This document shows, one piece after another, positions 51,429 to 61,502 of a DNA stretch of 64,000 bases. Each line of letters begins with the position of its first letter. Positions within the stretch are counted from its first letter, which is position 1. A model generated the notes under the pieces. The model ran no database searches, had not been told where the DNA came from, and saw nothing but the letters and a program-made list of their open reading frames with translations. Position numbers and translations under genes: made by a program. The stretch is from the NCBI GenBank assembly GCA_963737155.1, contig CAVTRN010000002.1:480001-544000 (forward strand). Direction: 5' to 3'. The stretch is from Nitrospirota bacterium. GTDB taxonomy: Bacteria > Nitrospirota > UBA9217.

Positions 51429-53312
51429 GATGGATTCGTAAGAAGTAAATTATCGTATTGCGGCTTATCACGCCGCAAGCCGGATATCCAGCCGTTGGAA
51501 ATAACCCCAACGCCTGATTGTATCTGAAACAAGCTGTAAACGTTCTTTGACAGCACAAGATAGAATCGAAAGGGCGGCTCTAGGCACTGGTTCCCCTTCG
51601 ATTTCTCGCTTGCGGAACGCCGCCGCCCGGATAATGTTGATTCCCGCCGCCTTCAGGTACGCGGCGAAGCTCACTGCGGACAATCCTCGGACGCGGAGGT
51701 TCTTGACCCCGGTCAATCGGTCAAGCTGAGACATGGTTCCTTCGACCCCTGCCCGGAAGCGGTACCTATCCCGGAACTCGGGAGTGTCTTCCTGAGCCCG
51801 CCGCTGTGCCAGCCGGATTGCTTTATCGTCGTACCGAAGATAGCGACCTTTTTTACCGGGCATTGTCGGACACGTTTTCTTCCGGGAACAACTGCGGCAC
51901 GTTTTCTTTGAGAAGAGCGCAGTGTGGTTGTTGTCTTTGCTCCGGGTTTTCTCCGGAGCGCATCCCTCGGGGCAGAAAGTGATTTCGTTTTCGCTGTTCA
52001 TGGTGAATGCCGTGAGCGGCACGCTGTTTTCGTCAAGTTTGCCCATAACCGGAGAAACGACCTCGATTCCCAAGGTCTTTGCCTTCTCGCAGTTTTCATC
52101 GCTACCGTAGAGTGAGTCGGCAGCAATTTCTTCAGGCTTCAGCCCAAGCTCCGTGGTGGATTCGATGAGCGGGACCAGGGCATGGGCATCGCTCTTGTGG
52201 GCAGGTTCTACGATCACGCTGGTGATCAAGTTCAGGGTGTTGGTATCCTCGGAAGTACTGTAGCTTTCGGCAACCTGCACCTGGTAGCCCTTGCCTTTAT
52301 GACCGTCATACCCGGCGTCGGGGTCGGAAGGGTTTTGCAGGGAATCGGAAGGAACGTCCTTGTTGGCTTTGACCGAGACCTGGGTTGTATGCGTATCAAC
52401 GCGCTCCACGATGCATTGCTCTTTAAGCAGCCGGGCAAGGAGCTGATAGGTATTCATGGTGGTAACGGGCTCATTTCCCGCGAACTGCTCCACCAGACTG
52501 AACACGTCGTTGGCCAGCGTTGCGAGCGTATTTATCGATTCCGAGGGTTTCACCATGGAGAAAACGGCCTCACCCTGTTTGGTCATGTACCGGTCGGTGA
52601 TAGTTGTCTCTAATGATTCGTAGAGGTCTTTATGGTGGCGCTTGAGGTTCACCAGGAACTTCTTGATGGTCTTTACGAACAAGCCGAGCCGGCCCAGGTG
52701 TCGCATATTGGAGAAGATATGGACCGAGTCGAAACGCTGCTTGGCGACATCGACTTTGAACACCTCGGCAAGCTTCGTCGCGACTTCTTCAAAAATAGCC
52801 TGGTAGAGGTTCCGTTCGATCAGAAGATCGCGCATGTTCCAGAGGGTCTTGGGGCTGACATAAGCGGCGGCATCGTCCGTCCTGGTGATATTCAGGGCGT
52901 ATTGCCATTGGAGATTGTAGGCAAACTGGTCCACGGCTTCCTCGTCGGTCAGGTTGTGCATCTGTTGGATGACCATGAGACCGATCATGGCATAGAGTTC
53001 CTTGGTCGGTGCTCCGAAAACCGGATCGTATTTGGAAAAGATCTTCTCTACCGGCAACGTGGGAAGAATGTGCTCTCGAAAAACCTTTGCCCAGGACTCC
53101 TCGATGCGCTGTTTGCGTTTGGGTCCCAGAAAAGGAAAGGGGTCGAACATGTCGGGGGTTTTGTGATCCTTGATGTGGATCATTCTGGCTCCTTGATTGC
53201 GAATTGTGATGCTATTGTGTATCACAAAACCCCTTGTGCTGCAATGGTTATATGATGTTTCACATGACTTATTTTAGCTGAATCACGACTATCGACTTAT
53301 TACGAGACCATC
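51429..53312 (-). mobile_element. DDE insertion sequence (IS1182/ISNCY-like)
   Basis: IR GATGG..TCGTAA.AAGT at both ends; 6-bp target duplication AACATT (51423-51428, 53313-53318). Confidence 0.9.
51468..53183 (-). CDS. DDE transposase with Cys-rich insertion
   Basis: QRFDSVHI, QNPSDPDAGY, ADSLYGS, CxxC...C, YRFRAGVEGT. Confidence 0.9.
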   Translation of the reverse strand: MIHIKDHKTPDMFDPFPFLGPKRKQRIEESWAKVFREHILPTLPVEKIFSKYDPVFGAPTKELYAMIGLMVIQQMHNLTDEEAVDQFAYNLQWQYALNITRTDDAAAYVSPKTLWNMRDLLIERNLYQAIFEEVATKLAEVFKVDVAKQRFDSVHIFSNMRHLGRLGLFVKTIKKFLVNLKRHHKDLYESLETTITDRYMTKQGEAVFSMVKPSESINTLATLANDVFSLVEQFAGNEPVTTMNTYQLLARLLKEQCIVERVDTHTTQVSVKANKDVPSDSLQNPSDPDAGYDGHKGKGYQVQVAESYSTSEDTNTLNLITSVIVEPAHKSDAHALVPLIESTTELGLKPEEIAADSLYGSDENCEKAKTLGIEVVSPVMGKLDENSVPLTAFTMNSENEITFCPEGCAPEKTRSKDNNHTALFSKKTCRSCSRKKTCPTMPGKKGRYLRYDDKAIRLAQRRAQEDTPEFRDRYRFRAGVEGTMSQLDRLTGVKNLRVRGLSAVSFAAYLKAAGINIIRAAAFRKREIEGEPVPRAALSILSCAVKERLQLVSDTIRRWGYFQRLDIRLAA

Positions 53313-53462
53313 AACATTAATACTTTATATATTTCAAAGAATAGCGACCACGACAGCTCCGGGAAGAGGTCGCGAGAGCAGGTGCTGAATCGGAAATCTT
53401 CTGAGGATGGCAGATGCCGCGATCACCTGCCATACTTTCGGCTATTTCATTATTTGTGAAAT

Positions 53463-54209
53463 TTAAGAACTTGATCTTTTCTCTTTGTTGTGTCTCCATA
53501 CTTCTATGGCAGAGCCTCGACGAACGAGCTCGCGCCACATGTCTGACGATTTCTTTTTGAAGACGGTGTCTGCATCGGCGTTGACGATGTACCAGTCTCC
53601 ATGCGATACCTCCCTGTTGAGCTGCTCCGGCAACCATCCCGCATATCCGCTATATACCCGGAACTGCTTTTGCGACTTGTGAGTGCCTATCATGCGCTCA
53701 AGAACCTTCCTGCTAATGCTGACGTACACGTTTAAGAACACGTTGTCTGACTCTTCCTGCTTTTCATCGGACCGGATGAGCATGAAAATTCGCTGGTTTT
53801 CGACGGGTCCACCGTAATAAAGGACGTCGGACCGCGTCTTTAAGCCCTGTACGGGCGGGAGTATCTTGGCGAGGTGCACCTTCGTGGGCTGGTTGATGAT
53901 GAGACCGGTTACGCTCGCGGCGTCATAACTGATGATCAGGACGACAGTCTCCTGGAACTGGGGATCGACGATGTTGCGGCTGGCAACGAGGAATTTCCCC
54001 TTGGCCGGGAGTGCATCGCCGTAGGGACGGGAATCAGGCAACTCAGGCGCATCAAGTGCTCTAACCGGGGACGAACCAGCATGCGCCCTCGCCGGAGTCA
54101 TCCCTGCCGGGAAGAGCGGCACGCCGACGGCAAACACCGTGGCGATGACGGCGGCAACCAGGAGTGGAGCATTTCGCACTGATCTGAAGATCCCGGACGG
54201 GATAGCCAT
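53463..54209 (-). CDS. YqgE/AlgH-family protein with N-terminal export-like extension
   Basis: KFLVAS, DPQFQETVVL, GLIINQP, YYGGPV, GYAGW..QL..E...GDW. Confidence 0.85.
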   Translation of the reverse strand: MAIPSGIFRSVRNAPLLVAAVIATVFAVGVPLFPAGMTPARAHAGSSPVRALDAPELPDSRPYGDALPAKGKFLVASRNIVDPQFQETVVLIISYDAASVTGLIINQPTKVHLAKILPPVQGLKTRSDVLYYGGPVENQRIFMLIRSDEKQEESDNVFLNVYVSISRKVLERMIGTHKSQKQFRVYSGYAGWLPEQLNREVSHGDWYIVNADADTVFKKKSSDMWRELVRRGSAIEVWRHNKEKRSSS

Positions 54210-54922
54210 ATTCTTATGCACCCTCACTCGGTCTGATTCTTTCAGCTACGATACAGGGTAACAAAAGAATGCGGAGGTGTCAATGCTTGCGATGGCGAGA
54301 TGGGCTTCCCGGGATACGTAATGAAAGCATCCTGCAGTCCGCGGTATTTATCTTTTTGATATTCCGGGATACGTCCTGTCTTATTTGCATAAGGTTTGTT
54401 CGTTCGAGTCCAGCATGGGGAGCCAAGCATATCGGATACTGTCGCCTTTTTCTCCCGGGAGCTCTTTGTGTAAAGAGCGCATCGACCTTGCTGTGATATG
54501 AGTATCTGGCCTGCAGTTTCCTTTCCAAGTAAATTATTTCCAATAAATCCAGATTGTGATATTCTTCTGATGAAGTTTCAAACCCCCGTATTGCGGAAAG
54601 GGGGAACTGTATTGTTTCACTCTGTGGTGTACTATTGCTCCTGCGATTAGGCGGCGCCCCGTCCGGAATATAAAAGTTCAATTAAGGATATTCAAACTGA
54701 CGATTGGCGTTGCGGATCGAGCAGTGAATTCACTATACGGATGATGGTTTGTGGGCCATGGGTTTAGGACGAGTGTGTTTATTCCCGGTACATAAATACG
54801 CAGGAAGAGTTCGATAAAACTTTCCACTTTTTTGTGTCTCATATTGAAAAGAGGGAAACAATGCCTGTTTTTACGTTCACTCTCGAACACTGCGCCTACG
54901 GCCAGAATCAGAAGGTGGCTTC

Positions 54923-55702
54923 ATGATTCACGGGAAAAAGCTGATTGTTGTAATGCCGGCTTATAACGCTGAAAAAACGCTCCGTCAGACCTTTGCGGAA
55001 CTGCCTCATGAATACGTTGACGAGGTAATCCTGGTCGATGATGCGTCACTTGACCAAACAGCTTTTGCAGCGCGAGAATTGGGGATTACTACCATCATAC
55101 ATACGGAAAATAAAGGGTACGGGGCAAATCAGAAAACATGTTACAGCGAGGCGCTTCGGCTGGGTGCGGACGTCGTAGTGATGGTCCACCCCGACTACCA
55201 GTATCCACCGCGTCTGGTAACCGCGATGGCGTCCATGATCACGTCCGGACACTACGATGCGGTCCTCGGTTCACGCATTCTCGGAGGGACGGCCCTGCGG
55301 GGCGGCATGCCGTTCTATAAGTATGTTGCCAACCGGGTTCTCACGTTTGTTGAAAATCTGGTACTCGGCGTAAAACTGTCGGAATACCATTCGGGCTTTC
55401 GGGCATTCAGCCGCACCGTGCTCGAAACACTGCCCCTTGATGAAAACTCGGATGATTTCGTATTCGACAATGAGATGCTCGTCCAGGCAGTCTATTTTGG
55501 CTTCAGGCTCGGGGAACTGAGCTGTCCGACGAGATACTTCAAAGAGGCATCATCCATAAATTTCAGAAGAAGTGTCATATATGGCTTCGGCGTCCTGGCT
55601 ACGGTAATGAAATACCTCATGAGCAGACTCGGGATAAAGAAGTTTGCGATATTGAATGGCGACGGGAGAAAACTTTATGGTGCTGAAAAGACAGCACGTT
55701 AA
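54923..55702 (+). CDS. GT2 glycosyltransferase (polyprenol-phosphate sugar synthase-like)
   Basis: VVMPAYN, VDDAS, GYGANQK, HPDYQY, GFRAF. Confidence 0.92.
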   Translation: MIHGKKLIVVMPAYNAEKTLRQTFAELPHEYVDEVILVDDASLDQTAFAARELGITTIIHTENKGYGANQKTCYSEALRLGADVVVMVHPDYQYPPRLVTAMASMITSGHYDAVLGSRILGGTALRGGMPFYKYVANRVLTFVENLVLGVKLSEYHSGFRAFSRTVLETLPLDENSDDFVFDNEMLVQAVYFGFRLGELSCPTRYFKEASSINFRRSVIYGFGVLATVMKYLMSRLGIKKFAILNGDGRKLYGAEKTAR

Positions 55703-57278
55703 ATACTATCTCGCGGGTTTTGTGTCAATTATTACGTTTATAGTTTATCTCAGAACCCTTCAAAATGAATTCGTAGGCTGGGACGACAACCGGTATGTGT
55801 TTGAGAATCCTCATATCAGGTCGTTTGATGTTGCGTTATTGAAATGGGCATTTTTTGATTTCTATGCGGGCAACTGGCATCCGCTAGCGTGGCTATCCCA
55901 TTCCCTGGATTACGCCATCTGGGGACTGAACCCTGTGGGGCACCACTTGACGAACAATATTCTTCACGCTGTGAACACTTTTTGTGTCGTAATTCTGGTC
56001 ATTCGGCTTGTTGAGGCAGGGAAGGAAACAGCCATCATAAAGAGGCCATCGGCATTTATGGATGATCGGGTGATCCTTATCACGGGAGTGGTAACGGGCT
56101 TATTGTTCGGACTGCATCCCCTGCACGTGGAATCGGTAGCTTGGGCTGCGGAAAGGAAGGATCTTCTCTGCGCCTTATTCTTTCTTCTCAGTATCATTAT
56201 TTATATGAAATATTTGGATGGTCAGAAGAGAGCAGTCAGAAGTCAGGATGCAGAGATTGAGGGGCGGCACGGAAAGTTCTTCATGAACAGGGATTACTTA
56301 CTCTCCCTTGGCCTTTTCATTCTTGCCTTGTTAAGCAAGTCGATGGCGGTCTCCCTTCCAGTCGTTCTGCTCATATTGGATTGGTACCCGTACAACAAAA
56401 TCCAGTCTGTAAAATTCTTGCGGCCTTCACTAGTAGAGAAAATCCCATTTGCCATGCTGAGCCTTATTTCGTCAATACTGACTTATCTGGCCCAGAAATC
56501 AGGTGGGGCGATGTCCATGATGGACTTCGTACCCTTGCATGCACGTCTTCTCGTGGCGGCCACCTCACTCATAGCATACCTGGGGAAAACGGTTTTGCCG
56601 ATACATTTAATACCTTTTTATGCATATCCCCGGGATGTGTCGTTTTTCTCGGTGGAGTATTTCTCAGTCATTATTCTTGTTGTCATGATTACGGTTGCCT
56701 GCATCATTCTGGCAAAAAAACAGAAATTATTTATATCGGTCTGGGCATATTATGTGGTAACCCTGGTCCCTGTCCTTGGCATCGTTCAGGTGGGCGGGCA
56801 GGCGATGGCGGACAGGTATATGTACCTCCCGAGTTTTGGACCATTCCTTCTCATGGGACTGCTCGCGGCCCGGGGTATGAGCTCACTGAATACATTTGTT
56901 AAGCTTGCCTGTGCCGCAGCGACTATTCTTGCATTTGTCACCGTCTCCTACTTGACCTTCGAACAAATAGGCGTATGGAGAAACAACATGGTTCTGTGGA
57001 GTTACGTCATAGAAAAAAGCCCTGTGAAAGTTCCTGTAGCTTACAAAAATAGAGGCACAGGTCTTGATAGAAGCGGCCGGTTGTATGAGGCCATGAAGGA
57101 CTATGACACGGCAATTGCTCTTGATGATAAAGATGCGCTACTGTTCAAGAATCGGGGTTTGCTGAACCTCAGGCTCGGCCGAGTTGAACATGCAATCTCC
57201 GATTTCGAGAGGGCCTGTGCATTAGGAGATTCTTTCGGATGTAATGCGCCAAAATACCTTTTGAAAAACGGTCATTGA
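55677..57278 (+). CDS. TMTC-like GT-C membrane protein with C-terminal TPR
   Basis: [40 protein letters not shown], TPRs. Confidence 0.85.
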   Translation: MVLKRQHVKYYLAGFVSIITFIVYLRTLQNEFVGWDDNRYVFENPHIRSFDVALLKWAFFDFYAGNWHPLAWLSHSLDYAIWGLNPVGHHLTNNILHAVNTFCVVILVIRLVEAGKETAIIKRPSAFMDDRVILITGVVTGLLFGLHPLHVESVAWAAERKDLLCALFFLLSIIIYMKYLDGQKRAVRSQDAEIEGRHGKFFMNRDYLLSLGLFILALLSKSMAVSLPVVLLILDWYPYNKIQSVKFLRPSLVEKIPFAMLSLISSILTYLAQKSGGAMSMMDFVPLHARLLVAATSLIAYLGKTVLPIHLIPFYAYPRDVSFFSVEYFSVIILVVMITVACIILAKKQKLFISVWAYYVVTLVPVLGIVQVGGQAMADRYMYLPSFGPFLLMGLLAARGMSSLNTFVKLACAAATILAFVTVSYLTFEQIGVWRNNMVLWSYVIEKSPVKVPVAYKNRGTGLDRSGRLYEAMKDYDTAIALDDKDALLFKNRGLLNLRLGRVEHAISDFERACALGDSFGCNAPKYLLKNGH

Positions 57279-57571
57279 CGGGCTGTCTGAATCGGGCCGG
57301 GACTCATGGCAATCGGAGAGAATCGGGATCTGGCATAGAAATACAATCTTAGTAGCAGGAAAAACCATTTCTGCTGCTGGTGTTCGTTTTATGTCGTTGT
57401 CATTTTGATTCATTATCCTTTCCTCCGACTGCCGATCATGGCTGGTGATATACTTCAATTAATAGTTCGATTCGGGAAAAGTTATGACGCGCATGCGTTG
57501 GTAAAACGCAGGATTGCCGAAAGGTGTTACGGCCGTTCTTTGACGGTGAACAAAAGAAAGGGGTGAAAGTC

Positions 57572-58021
57572 ATGAAAGAAGAATCTAGAAATAGAAAAAG
57601 TTCCATCCTGATGCCGGCTTTGGTGGGTAGCGCGGTAGGGGCAGGTATAGCGCTGCTGGTGGCGCCAAAATCGGGGAAGGCACTCAGAAAAGATCTGAAG
57701 CGGTTCGCAGAGGATACGCGGGACCAGGTTGCCGATGTCATTGATGAAGGCAAGAATCTCTACGAAGGAGGCAGGGATGTTGTTGCCAAAACCGTAAAAG
57801 TCGGCAGAGAAATGTACGATGAAGGAACGGAGAAGATCGGGAAGCTCGGGAAGCTCATGCAAAAAAAGGAGCGCTCGCTCGTGGTGCCTTTGCTGACGAG
57901 CGGAATCATCGGGTCGGGCATTGTGCTCCTGCTGACACCAAAATCAGGAAAGGAAGTCAGGGGAAACCTTAAGCGGATGGCCGCGACCACGAGGGACACG
58001 TTTGTTTCCGCTATTCACTAG
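57572..58021 (+). CDS. YtxH-domain protein with tandem duplication; C-terminus probably frameshifted
   Basis: GAGIALLVAPKSGK.LR and GSGIVLLLTPKSGKEVR. Confidence 0.8.
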   Translation: MKEESRNRKSSILMPALVGSAVGAGIALLVAPKSGKALRKDLKRFAEDTRDQVADVIDEGKNLYEGGRDVVAKTVKVGREMYDEGTEKIGKLGKLMQKKERSLVVPLLTSGIIGSGIVLLLTPKSGKEVRGNLKRMAATTRDTFVSAIH

Positions 58022-58208
58022 CGGCAAGGCGCTTTACATGAGGATGAGCAAAGACATACCCGAAGCCCTTGAAGCAGGCATTAAAGCTTACGCTCATGAT
58101 AAAGGGGATTATGGCATGTGGCAGTGCTGCACGCTTGCGACTAGCGTTTTCCTGCATAAGGTGTGCGCTTAATGAGTAACAGTGTTATGTTCCTGCTGCT
58201 TATTTGTT

Positions 58209-58243
58209 AAAAAGGCATTGGTATGAATACTGATGCCTTTTTT
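58209..58243. terminator. Rho-independent (possibly bidirectional) terminator
   Basis: AAAAAGGCATTGGTAT-GA-ATACTGATGCCTTTTTT hairpin flanked by A and T tracts. Confidence 0.75.
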
Positions 58244-58316
58244 ATCATCTATTCAAGGACACCCATCAAGCTACGTATTGGTTGCGGGATGAATTGGGAA
58301 GTCAATTGAAAAGCAG

Positions 58317-58345
58317 TTGACATTTCCAGCAGAAGATGCTATGTT
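58317..58345 (+). promoter_or_regulatory. Sigma70-like promoter in the IS left end
   Basis: TTGACA-17 bp-TATGTT with extended TG. Confidence 0.55.
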
Positions 58346-58370
58346 TGGTTGAATAGAATTAACTTATTAA

Positions 58371-58746
58371 CATCATAGTGTTTTTAGTCTGAACTATCAC
58401 TTGGTTCTAGTGGTTGCATATCGCAGAGGTGCTTACGGAACCCGTACTTCGCCGGTGTTTGGAAATAGCAGGAGATATCGCCACGGATTTCAAGGCAAAA
58501 ATCGTGGAAGCAAACGGTGAGCCTGACCATATACATATCCTTTTGTCCGCTCCGCCGGAATTCAATTTGTGCCGTCTTATCAATTCCCTGAAAACCGTTA
58601 CATCCCGTTTGCTCAAAAAAGAATTTCCCGGCATCAAAGAAAAATTGTGGAAGGAAAAGTTTTGGGCAGCAAGCTACTTTGTTGTTACCGCTGGCGGAGC
58701 GCCGCTTGAAGTCATACAGAAATACCTTGAAGGGCAAGGAAATTAA
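58371..58746 (+). pseudogene. tnpA: Y1 HUH transposase TnpA, frameshifted near 58428
   Basis: HSVFSLNYHLVLVVAYRR in one frame; DHIHILL, FWAASYF, IQKYLEGQ in another; in-frame TAA just upstream of the first block. Confidence 0.85.
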
Positions 58747-60596
58747 TGGCCTACGGCAAAGGGGATAAAAATGTGTTCAGGCGCTCCATCCCCAGCGGGA
58801 AAACCACGCTGGACCCTGGCATGCTGACGGCCGGCAAGATGGCCGATCTCCTGATTATTCGCAGAAAGTTTCTTGCCGCTGCGAATTCGTTTGTGGATGC
58901 GGCGTTCCTTCCCGAACCTCTCGCAAGCACAAGAAACGGCGAGGACATCCATGCTGTTCTGACCGCTCTCCAGAAAAACATGGAGATTGGTTTCAACAAA
59001 GCATATGTGGAAAAAGCGCGTCTCGCCGTCCCTCCCGCCATCGCCCAGGTGGAACAAAAATACTTCAAGCGTTTTTACGGCAGGCTTCTAAACTGTGCCG
59101 CAAAAACAGAGGAAAAGGACCCCGCAAAAAGGCAGTACCTGAGCATTCCTGAAACGATCCAGGACAAGGTTGCGGCAAGTATCCTTGAATCTCTTGAACG
59201 TAAAATAAAAAATTACGGATACGGGAAGACCATCGACTTGGTCAGGCAGGTTGTTATACGGAAAATCAGCAAGGGGCTCACCGGAAAGGAAGCAATGATC
59301 GTCCGCGCCATTCACAGGGAGTGCCTCGCGAAATACGGCAAGCCCGTCTTCGGCAGTGACGACCGTTTTGCCTGCCAGATCAACCTGGATTACCGGGTCA
59401 TCCGGAACGACTCGGACCCTGTGGCCCGGATGGACAATATCGCCAGGCTTCTGGTAGACAGAACGAACCGCAAATATTATCATTTTCTCGAAATATCCAA
59501 CCCGGCTCCGCACGGGAAACCTGTTCGGATACCGGTGGTCATGTCCTCACGGACGCTCAAACGATTTGACAAGCTTTCGTCGGTATCCTCGCTTTCCCTG
59601 GTCATTAACCCTGATTCGGTCCTGGTCCGGGCAATCATTTCCAAGCCGGCCGGGAAAGCCGATATCGGCACTATTACGCATATCATCGGCCGGGACTTTG
59701 GCATGGTCAATACCGCCAGCCTTTCCGTGATAAGGATAGATGATCAGATCGATGAGAAGAAACTTAAGCAAATCAGCGAGTTTACCCGGGGAGAGGCTCT
59801 CGAGTATCTGAAAAATTACAGCCATCCCAATGACAACGTCGTGGAACGCATCCGCTTCAACGGCCGCGGTTTTCTCCGGAACATCAATGATTCCTGCAAA
59901 CGTATCGAAAAGCTGAAGTCGCAGATAGACACCGGCTACAATAATCTGAACAAGCTTAAAAACATCATTTGTGGATACCTGGGGCTGGACGAACGGGAAC
60001 AATTTGCCGAGGGACAGGATCTTGGTGACCCCTATATACGGCATATCCATAAAAAGTTCTTCCGGCTGCTTCATCACCTCGTCGAGATGAAGAAAAAACG
60101 CTTGTCCCTCTATAAGAAAATCGCGGGGATTAAGAAATCGTGGTTCGGGTACCTGTCCAACCAGGAAACAATTCTTGCAAGGAAATACCATGCGGCAATC
60201 GTACGGGAAGATCTTTCTATCCTTGCCAGGGAGAAAAACGATCCAGGCTACAAGGGCCGAACCTTCAACAAGATGATCAATAACGGTTCAAAAGGACAGT
60301 ATATACGAAGAGCATCGGATAAACTGCAATGGGATGGTATCCCGGAGATAGTTATCCCAAGCTACCACACATCCTCTTGCTGTACCGTCCATTCCCTGGT
60401 CGATGCCAGTATGCGCAATGGGGAAACATTTTTCTGTCCGCGCTGCGGCGCCAAGGAACACGCAGACTCGCACGCTGCGGATACAATTGGTAATTACATT
60501 TTGCTTCGTCCGAATATCGCGAAGCAAGTGACACTGCTTCTTCCAAGAGACAGACAATCCTCTGGGAATCTTCTTGTTGGAAGCCCCAATCAATAG
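58746..60596 (+). CDS. tnpB: Oversized TnpB/Cas12-like RuvC RNA-guided nuclease (616 aa)
   Basis: IIGRDFG (D317), IVREDL (E488), TSSCCTVH..FFCPRCG zinc finger, HADSHAA (D574); TAATG overlap with tnpA. Confidence 0.85.
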   Translation: MAYGKGDKNVFRRSIPSGKTTLDPGMLTAGKMADLLIIRRKFLAAANSFVDAAFLPEPLASTRNGEDIHAVLTALQKNMEIGFNKAYVEKARLAVPPAIAQVEQKYFKRFYGRLLNCAAKTEEKDPAKRQYLSIPETIQDKVAASILESLERKIKNYGYGKTIDLVRQVVIRKISKGLTGKEAMIVRAIHRECLAKYGKPVFGSDDRFACQINLDYRVIRNDSDPVARMDNIARLLVDRTNRKYYHFLEISNPAPHGKPVRIPVVMSSRTLKRFDKLSSVSSLSLVINPDSVLVRAIISKPAGKADIGTITHIIGRDFGMVNTASLSVIRIDDQIDEKKLKQISEFTRGEALEYLKNYSHPNDNVVERIRFNGRGFLRNINDSCKRIEKLKSQIDTGYNNLNKLKNIICGYLGLDEREQFAEGQDLGDPYIRHIHKKFFRLLHHLVEMKKKRLSLYKKIAGIKKSWFGYLSNQETILARKYHAAIVREDLSILAREKNDPGYKGRTFNKMINNGSKGQYIRRASDKLQWDGIPEIVIPSYHTSSCCTVHSLVDASMRNGETFFCPRCGAKEHADSHAADTIGNYILLRPNIAKQVTLLLPRDRQSSGNLLVGSPNQ

Positions 60597-60644
60597 CCTT
60601 ATCTTTGGTTGCGGGAGCATTCACTGGACTGCAAGGTTTGACGT
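60515..60644 (+). ncRNA. Putative omega-RNA (scaffold to 60624, guide from the flank)
   Basis: Three hairpins; loop GTGA complementary to terminal TCAC (pseudoknot); position at the IS605 right end; 5' end unknown. Confidence 0.55.
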
Positions 60645-60875
60645 TATGACGGGCGTCATTGCGACACTGCTTCCGGCATCGGTCTTTTTGAGGAGGTGTT
60701 CATCCGGGACAGATTGCGGGCGGCTGCTTCGGGGCTGCTCAATTTCTGCCTGGCGCCGGAGACCGTTGCGTTACGCTTATGTCACAATCAGTGCGTTCAC
60801 ACCCTGAGGCGCCTCTACTCGAAAGGGCACGGTCGGCGTCATCTCGACTTGATGCCGTGGGAGACTCTATCCGTG

Positions 60876-61502
60876 ATGAAGATAAATAAACCTCATATAC
60901 ACTTCTCCATGATTCGGGAGTTCCATCTTGCCGACTGGTTCACGCTGGCAAACGCTGCCTGCGGCACGGGGGCATTGTTTTCTACGCTCACGTACATACA
61001 AACGGACCGCGTCATCCATGTCTACTTTGCGTTCTGGATGGTCTTTGCCGCTTTAGTCTTCGATTTCCTGGATGGACGGATCGCCAGGTGGCGACAGAAG
61101 GCCTCTGGAATGGGTCGTGAGCTCGACTCTCTCGCTGATGTAATTTCCTTCGGTGTAGCCCCGGCCGTGATCGGGTATGGTTGCGGCATGCAGGGTTTGT
61201 ACGACCGCATTATCTTGACCTATTTTGTTGCATGCGGAGTATCTCGCCTGGCGCGCTACAACATGACGGCCGAGGGGCTGACCAAGGACGGCGGCAAAGT
61301 GAAGTACTTCGAGGGAACTCCTATCCCAACATCGCTGCTTTTGGTACTGTTGATGTCTGTGGCCGCCTCACAGGGCGCAGTGCGCGAGTCCCTCTGGTTC
61401 GGACAGGTCGTTCTTGCCGGTTTCACGCTTCATCCCATGGTCCTGTTTTTCGCGGTTTCCGGCTCACTCATGGTCAGCCGTATACGGTTCCCGAAGCTCT
61501 GA
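60876..61502 (+). CDS. pssA: CDP-diacylglycerol--serine O-phosphatidyltransferase
   Basis: DFLDGRIAR..GRELDSLADVISFGVAPA, RLARYN, FEGTPIP. Confidence 0.88.
   Translation: MKINKPHIHFSMIREFHLADWFTLANAACGTGALFSTLTYIQTDRVIHVYFAFWMVFAALVFDFLDGRIARWRQKASGMGRELDSLADVISFGVAPAVIGYGCGMQGLYDRIILTYFVACGVSRLARYNMTAEGLTKDGGKVKYFEGTPIPTSLLLVLLMSVAASQGAVRESLWFGQVVLAGFTLHPMVLFFAVSGSLMVSRIRFPKL

Larger units (their letters stand above)
58249..60624 (+). mobile_element. IS200/IS605-family element (tnpA pseudogene + large tnpB); left boundary uncertain by a few bp
   Basis: Related subterminal hairpins at both ends (CCC..ATCAA..TTGGTTGCGGG at 58262-58288 and 60584-60615); right end ...GCATTCAC; no target duplication. 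Confidence 0.85.

Noticed and set aside
54240-54890. Short minus-strand ORFs between the AlgH and GT2 genes
   Set aside because: No recognisable motifs or RBS; may be decayed coding sequence but cannot be supported
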